Position numbers and translations under genes: made by a program. A stretch of 54,419 nt of DNA, filler included, from Sphacelaria rigidula (taxonomy: Eukaryota): NCBI GenBank assembly GCA_964200075.2. It is 5 parts of 5 records of this genome, joined end to end, with 100 filler letters (N's around TTAATTAATTAA, not from the genome) between each part and the next. Parts side by side here need not be neighbours in the genome. Positions count along the whole stretch, not along the records: positions 43,618 to 54,419 come from CAXNAA020005884.1; 4 more parts are not named here. One strand, 5' to 3'. The notes below the pieces were generated by a model, which saw only the letters and a list, made by a program, of their open reading frames with translations, was not told where the DNA came from and did no database searches. The first letter of the stretch is position 1. Every line of letters begins with the position of its first letter. Below are positions 48,461 to 54,419 of this stretch, one piece after another.

Positions 48461-51400
48461 ATGATCGGATGCATACGATCTACTATGATCACATGCGTGC
48501 GTCCGAGAGTGTCAGGCGGATTTATTTCTGTGAGCTCACGACTCGCGCCTCGGCGACAGTCTGCAGCTACCTCCTGCTGGCAGATGAGGGGCTCAACTGC
48601 AGTCAATCCACACCGCCCGGCCTCCACCAAGGCCGCTGATCATGCCGACACCACAACAAGTTTAGCATCAGCAGAGGCTTCGTTATCATTGCCTACTGGT
48701 CCATCGCGGCTCGGTGCTGGTGCTCATGAGTTATCTGCAGCTGAACCGGCTTCAACAGCTGGCAAGTCTATTCAATTGAGTGTTGGTGTAACGGGACTGT
48801 ACGGAAGTTGAGTCAGATGTGGTCCGCCAGACCAGCTCGTGTACCGAGAGTACTCCATCGGAGACAATGTTGCACAAATGCAGTGGTCGGCCTCTTCCCC
48901 ACCATATCGGCTTCAATTTTCTAGTAACCGACAATCCGGTGTGTTTGTTGATTGTAAACTACCATCCGCCGGCCAAAATCTGCGAGTGGGGTATGATACC
49001 TCAGATTCAGAGCAAGCATCATACACTACTGTTGTCGTCCACACGGGGAAACCGTCCTTCGAAAACCAACCGAGGATACGACCATGACCGGACACCTGCT
49101 CTCGATTTTGTACGGAACAGCCCACCACACTGCTGGGTCACAACGATGTGCTAAACCAGTGTACCCTTCTTCTTGAGGAAACTGCCGCGTGTTTTTTTTT
49201 TTGCCCTACGATAGACGCATCGCAGTTGGAGAACGTAATGTGCCGCACGCGAGTCACCGTGTCATCATGGCTGCAACTAGCTGGGTTAGATCCGCGATCA
49301 CGTACTACTGTAGGCCAGTGCCATCCACCGGGATTCTGAATCAAAATGAAGAGGAAGATGTGCGACTGAAAAATACAGATGATACTGCGAATCTGAGGTG
49401 AGAAATTCGAGAAAGAGTGGATAATGACTATTTTGAACATGTGACATGTAAAATTCGACGTATCGCAGATGAATGATTCAAGATTCCCAACCCGGAAATC
49501 GACTTTACGGCATCAAATTAGTGGAAGTAGACCTGAATTTTGTGAGACTTTGGTCGCATCAGCCAGTGCAGATGCCAGATGGGGGTTTCAGTTGCTACAA
49601 CCGATGGGTCATGCACATTTACCACACATATCCCCGAAAATAGTGGCGGAAAGTACGAACAGTAGACAATAACTTGCCTGTTCGTCAGCAGCAGCCTTTC
49701 TGTTGATATCGCTCTCGTTCCCTTGGGTATAGTCATTCGTAGGCAACAGGCCAAGAAACGGCAGATCACACCCCCTGAACGCATTTGGAGAGGGGATAAG
49801 ATGATTCCATCCCCGTGCGCGTCAAGGGCATCGCCGTTCGAAAGTTTCAGGTCAAAACGGTTGATATCACGCCCTGCAAGAGCATGGCAGGACCGGGGAG
49901 TATTGGTTACGCGTTTTCGTGGTGCATACCTCATCTCCAAGGTCATCAACGTTTGTAAGTCCAAGGCCAAAACGGTTGATATCTAGCGCACAGTCGGGAG
50001 GGAATGAGTTGATTTGGCCTCCGGGAGGTTTTCCCGTTTCTTCCTGTTCATGAATTCTTCAAATGTTTCGGTGCTCCAAGACCACCTCTGCTGTATTTAG
50101 AGTTGTGGGCATGAGTCAGCCTGCAAGAGGGCAAAACGGTAGATAGCAGCCCCCTCGATACGGCCGATATCACCCGTTAGAGATATCTATTTCCCTACCT
50201 TGCCGAACCATGCACCCCCAGACCAAACCCAACTTTGCCAATGTTGTTTTTTTACCAACACCTTTCATAAATCGAAACCTGGACTTCTCACGGAGTCGTG
50301 TAGTATGCTGAAGCTGACGGAAAAACAAAAGTGGCCTATGCGTACTTGATCGTGAAGCCACCCTGTAGCTGCTGTACATGTCCACATTACTGAACAGCAC
50401 CCTGGTCACCCTTGCGTCTTCCTGCCTTGCGCTTCCCGCCGTTTTTCTTTCCTGAAATCGACCAGGCACAGCCGAAACGGTTGCATCGTGGTGGATAGAA
50501 CATTCGGACGGATCCATACTGGGGACCTTTCAAGCGGGCTTGGAAGGTGTGCACGCTATCACAGGCTTGCCTTGGTGGGTCACGATTGCCTTGACTACGG
50601 TAGCGATAAAGGCTGCACTTTTCCCCTTCACCGTGGTACAGGCCAAGCATGCGGAAAGGTTGGGAGAGGCGTGGCCGGAGGTGAATATTCTCAGGGGGTA
50701 TCTACGAACGAAATTGGACGAGGTGAACAACAGCGGAGCGCAGAATGCCGCAGGATGTGGTGGTACACAATACCCTCGATTGATGTTTTTTTTTTTATCT
50801 CGACCTTTTCGATACGCGCAATGGCCACGACCTTACTCGTTGCGAGCCTTTGAATATCCGAACCTCTCTGGAGCTTCGGATCTTTTCCGCGATGTAACGG
50901 AGACCGGCACACGTGATCTCCACCCGGGGGTGGTATGCTCTGTCACTTATTACAGTATCAGTACTTCCCATTCAGTTTCCTGAGGAAGTTTCGGGAATTG
51001 CCCTTTACGGGTCCATCCCGTCCTCACGCGAACTCACCGCTACTGCAACACAGCGCACAGTGGTAGAATATTGAACATTATGGGAAGCATCAAGGTGCGC
51101 TGAAGTAGTGTTGCGTTCGGCACCGGCAAAGCTCCTCTGCCCGGTGGCTCTGCAGACAACCATTGAAATGATGTCCATGCGTCCTTCGATTTTGGGGCGC
51201 TGCCGGGTATTCGGAAATACGCCCGTGTCTCGTGAAGATTTGCTCGGGACCCGAGACTGTAATTGAAGTCATAATTCTATGCTTCACCGGATGTTGCCCC
51301 TTATTCGATCGATAAGCAGCTACCGCCGCATGCTGTGAACGAGACATCCAGAAAGGTTTGGAGCTTCGTAAAGGGAACCAGGGGTATTGTCGGCCTTCAC

Positions 51401-53003
51401 GGGTGAGTCAGTAGTGTTCGTGTCCGGTATGTTAACATTCGCTGAATCCATAACATCCACTGGATCGACGTCAGATTTCACATCCGAACGCTACCCTCTA
51501 GAGACGGTTTTTGCAACGATCACGTATGTAATGGCATGCTTCTGCGTTTGCTTTTAGTTTCCAGATTTTCGATCGGCAAGTATTTCCAAATTTGGTTTGA
51601 CCCGGTATGCTCCTTATGTTACGGTCTTTCTGCTTCGCATGCTGCTTGCAGGGCGCATCCACTGGGGTTGTTGGCAGCTCCTCTTACCAACATCCCGGTG
51701 TTCGTATCGTTTATCTGGGCTACGCGGAGGATGTTGCTCTCGGGGACAGTTGACGACTTGACCTCCGGTGAGGGTGAATGCAATTCAGAAAGACCGAAGA
51801 AGAGAACAGTGTGTAAAATTGCAAATCGAGTTCAAGTCGAGTCAAATCGCTACTTTTTGGCGGACCAGTCACAGCTTCATGAATCCCGTGCACGCGGGTC
51901 CGTTGTCACCCACAATCTCGTGGCATTTTTCGGCACACGGCACAGATACCAAGGTGCGTTCACGTGAGACCAGCCCCACACGGTACTAGTGCGCACCACA
52001 TGAGTCAATGACTGTTGTTGATGAGGTTCTGTCTGCTGTCACGTCGGCAACCACCGTGTAGGCCAACTTCGGCAACCGATATGTAGGCCATCGCTTGTCT
52101 TCCTTGTGACAGCCCGCCGGTCAAAGTCGGGGAGTTTCGAAAGTCTATTGTTGGTCGCGATAAAACATTGGCTTTGACCAACGTGCAAGCGGCATGCGAG
52201 GAAATGTTATTTGGTTGGTGTCTCCGTGTCGCCTCGTGGTGCCAAGGGTAATTCTCGAACAAATCAATGGTAATTCTCCACGTCTTTATCCGAAATTGAA
52301 ATCCAGAGGTGCACAAAACACTACAAGACTTAAACACGTGGTCTTTGCTTCCCGTTCCGGTGGTCTGTTGCCCCATGTACCATGCAAGTGATTCATTTCT
52401 GTGATCGTGTCTCTTTGCGCAATGCGACAGGTGGGTTGTTGTGGTTCCAGGACCTATCGTACCACGACACCAGCGGGGTGCTGCCCTTGACGGCAGTGAT
52501 GTGTACGTACGTGAGCACGGAGATCGCCTTGGCAAACTCTCCGACACCATTTATGCAGGTGAAAGTCGAGCAATTTGTGCTGTGCGATCGTCGGCGATAG
52601 CCTGCTTTTTTTTTCCGGCTTCTTCCCCCTCTCTTGGTTGTGCAACACATGCGACGACGACACTAACCATTTGTTCGCAGTTTTCTTTCCAAATCGTATC
52701 GAAGGCGGGGGTGATGTTGTACCACTAACCTGTGGAAAGAGAATGCGATTCCGACTAACTGTAGAACTTTGAAAACGATCGATATTCACTGGTTTCTGCA
52801 GACCTCGCTTTCACACACTACACTTCACCCGAGATCAATCTGGTCTAACCGAAGGATTCCCCCCCACTTTTCAGATATGGATTTATGCAAAGGCACCACC
52901 TCACAACACCCCATCGATTCTCTCGCCGTGTAGGCCCCTGCCTCTCTCTCTTCCAAACCTTCTTGGCCATGACGATGCGGTTGTCCCCTTTCGGATAGCT
53001 CCC

Positions 53004-53067
<64 letters not shown>

Positions 53068-53989
53068 CCTACGAAAGCGCTCTGCCCTAAAACGCCTGTT
53101 GTCCCTCCATCACCTCCCCGTCCCTTCCCGTGCGTTTTTCTCATGCAGAAAGTGAAGGATTTTCTGCAATCGCTCATCATCCTGAGCTTCCCCTTCGTCG
53201 TCACACTTCCGCAGGTACGGCGTTGAGACGCAGAAAATTACTCGAAAAAAGAACGGTGGGGCATGGAATAGCTGTCGAGTTTTGAAGAAACATTCGAGAC
53301 TTGCTTCCAGCAACGCTCTCGGCAGTAACGTGTTGTACCAGCTGCAGTGTCGTAGCGGAGATATATTTCAAGTACACGCGAGTGTCAGCGCCCAGTTCTC
53401 GTTTGATAGGAAGCAGGTGTCTCAAAAGATGTCGAGTAACGTGTACCCTATTGTTCGGGTGCGCTATTCCGTGGAGGGTTAGCTACCGAGTGCATGGATA
53501 TGCAGACCCAGGTCCCCAAAAAGTCGCGTACAACAGGTTTTTGCCGCTGTGTTGCTGATTTTTTCTCGTGTTGGTATCATGTCCGGCACTCGGTTTTACA
53601 CTGAAGCGATGGTGCCGACTGTCGTCCACTTCATTTGGAAGCCGCCCATGCACTGATCCTCATTCGTCCGCGTTCTGCTGGCGGTGGCCGCTACAACCGT
53701 TCAGGGAGTGTTCATGTACTGGATACCATCGTCTCTCTTCACCGGGGCCCAGCTTTTAACGATGCGTCATCCTGGCGTACGAGGAGTTTTTGGATTGAAG
53801 CCCCTAGCTACAGCGCGATTACCGCCACAGGGCCCTGCAGACGCTGACAGAAGTAGTCGTGGTAACAGCGGTGGAGAAGAGACGAATCGAGGGACGGTGG
53901 ATAATGGCAGGACGGCGGTAGGGAGTACGAACAAGTCCACTTCAACAACCGCGGCTGTTGGAGTCAGCTCTATGTCGCATGCACAATAA
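48461..53989 (+). CDS. OXA1: Oxa1/Cox18 (YidC/Oxa1/Alb3 family) mitochondrial inner-membrane insertase, ~411 aa
   Basis: Exons 48461-48761 (less certain; Arg/Ser-rich presequence-like), 50466-50722, 51320-51402, 51652-51767, 52431-52558, 53149-53214, 53705-53989. Motifs TGLPWWVTI, HPLG..P..NIPVFVSF, GGLLWFQDLS..D..LP and GVFMYW. OXA1 versus COX18 is not resolved. Confidence 0.88.
53005..53065. repeat. (TG)n microsatellite (intronic)
   Basis: About 30 TG units. Confidence 0.97.
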
Positions 53990-54319
53990 CACAGGGTCGC
54001 TTTTAGCCATGATGTGGAGGGTCAGCGGCTTGCATTGATTAGGCGGTGCTGGTGACCACGAGGGGAATGTAGTCGAGGGTCAGGATACGGATGCGAGGTA
54101 TTCGTGCGTCGTTTGGGATATATATTCTTCCCGTGCCCACTCTATTTTTGTCGCTTACGCGGGAGTGGAATTGGAACAAAGTGGCTTGCGATGATACTTC
54201 CCACGAATGTATGCTCGGTTGGAAGCTTCAATGCATGTGTTGTGCACAGTTCATCTCTTTGGTAGCGTGGAGCCATATCGATTTTCCGCTTACTAATGTA
54301 TAGAAGTTTTTCATCATGG

Positions 54320-54419
54320 TGTGTGTGTTGTCGTCCCATTTATTCTGGGCACCAGTCTACACCTTTCGGTTTATGTGGGTGCATCAGCCGGGGTCACACA
54401 GGAGGAACGTCAACACAGG
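54320..54419 (-). mobile_element. 3' end of SINE family A (cut by window end)
   Basis: tgttgtcgtccca...gtctacac(c/t)tttcggt..atgtggg.gca.cagccggggtcacacaggaggaa matches 38963-39059. Confidence 0.85.

Overview
Eukaryotic genomic DNA, most likely a brown alga (Phaeophyceae). This is inferred from EsV-1-7 and FNIP repeat genes, many ~0.3-2.4 kb spliceosomal introns and TTAGGG repeats. The window is not one locus. It is five contigs of 10806, 10805, 10803, 10803 and 10802 bp joined by 100-bp N/TTAATTAATTAA/N linkers, so adjacency across linkers is meaningless. Contig 1 holds an FNIP-repeat gene bracketed by two inverted GAGCTAC/GTAGCTC arrays whose CAC...GTG ends face the gene, followed by a decayed KDZ-like transposase and a LINE RT remnant. 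Contig 2 holds a partial EsV-1-7 gene, MITEs (one hAT-type carrying telomere repeats) and decayed coding-like DNA. Contig 3 holds seven exons of a WD40 gene. Contig 4 holds the last exon of Mn-SOD and a multi-exon zinc-ribbon-repeat gene. Contig 5 holds divergent BUD20/ZNF593 and Oxa1-family genes. The most unusual signals are (i) a 5'-truncated retroposon family with poly(C) tails whose target-site duplications begin with C-runs, and (ii) the inverted-array/FNIP architecture. All alignments and family calls were made by eye.
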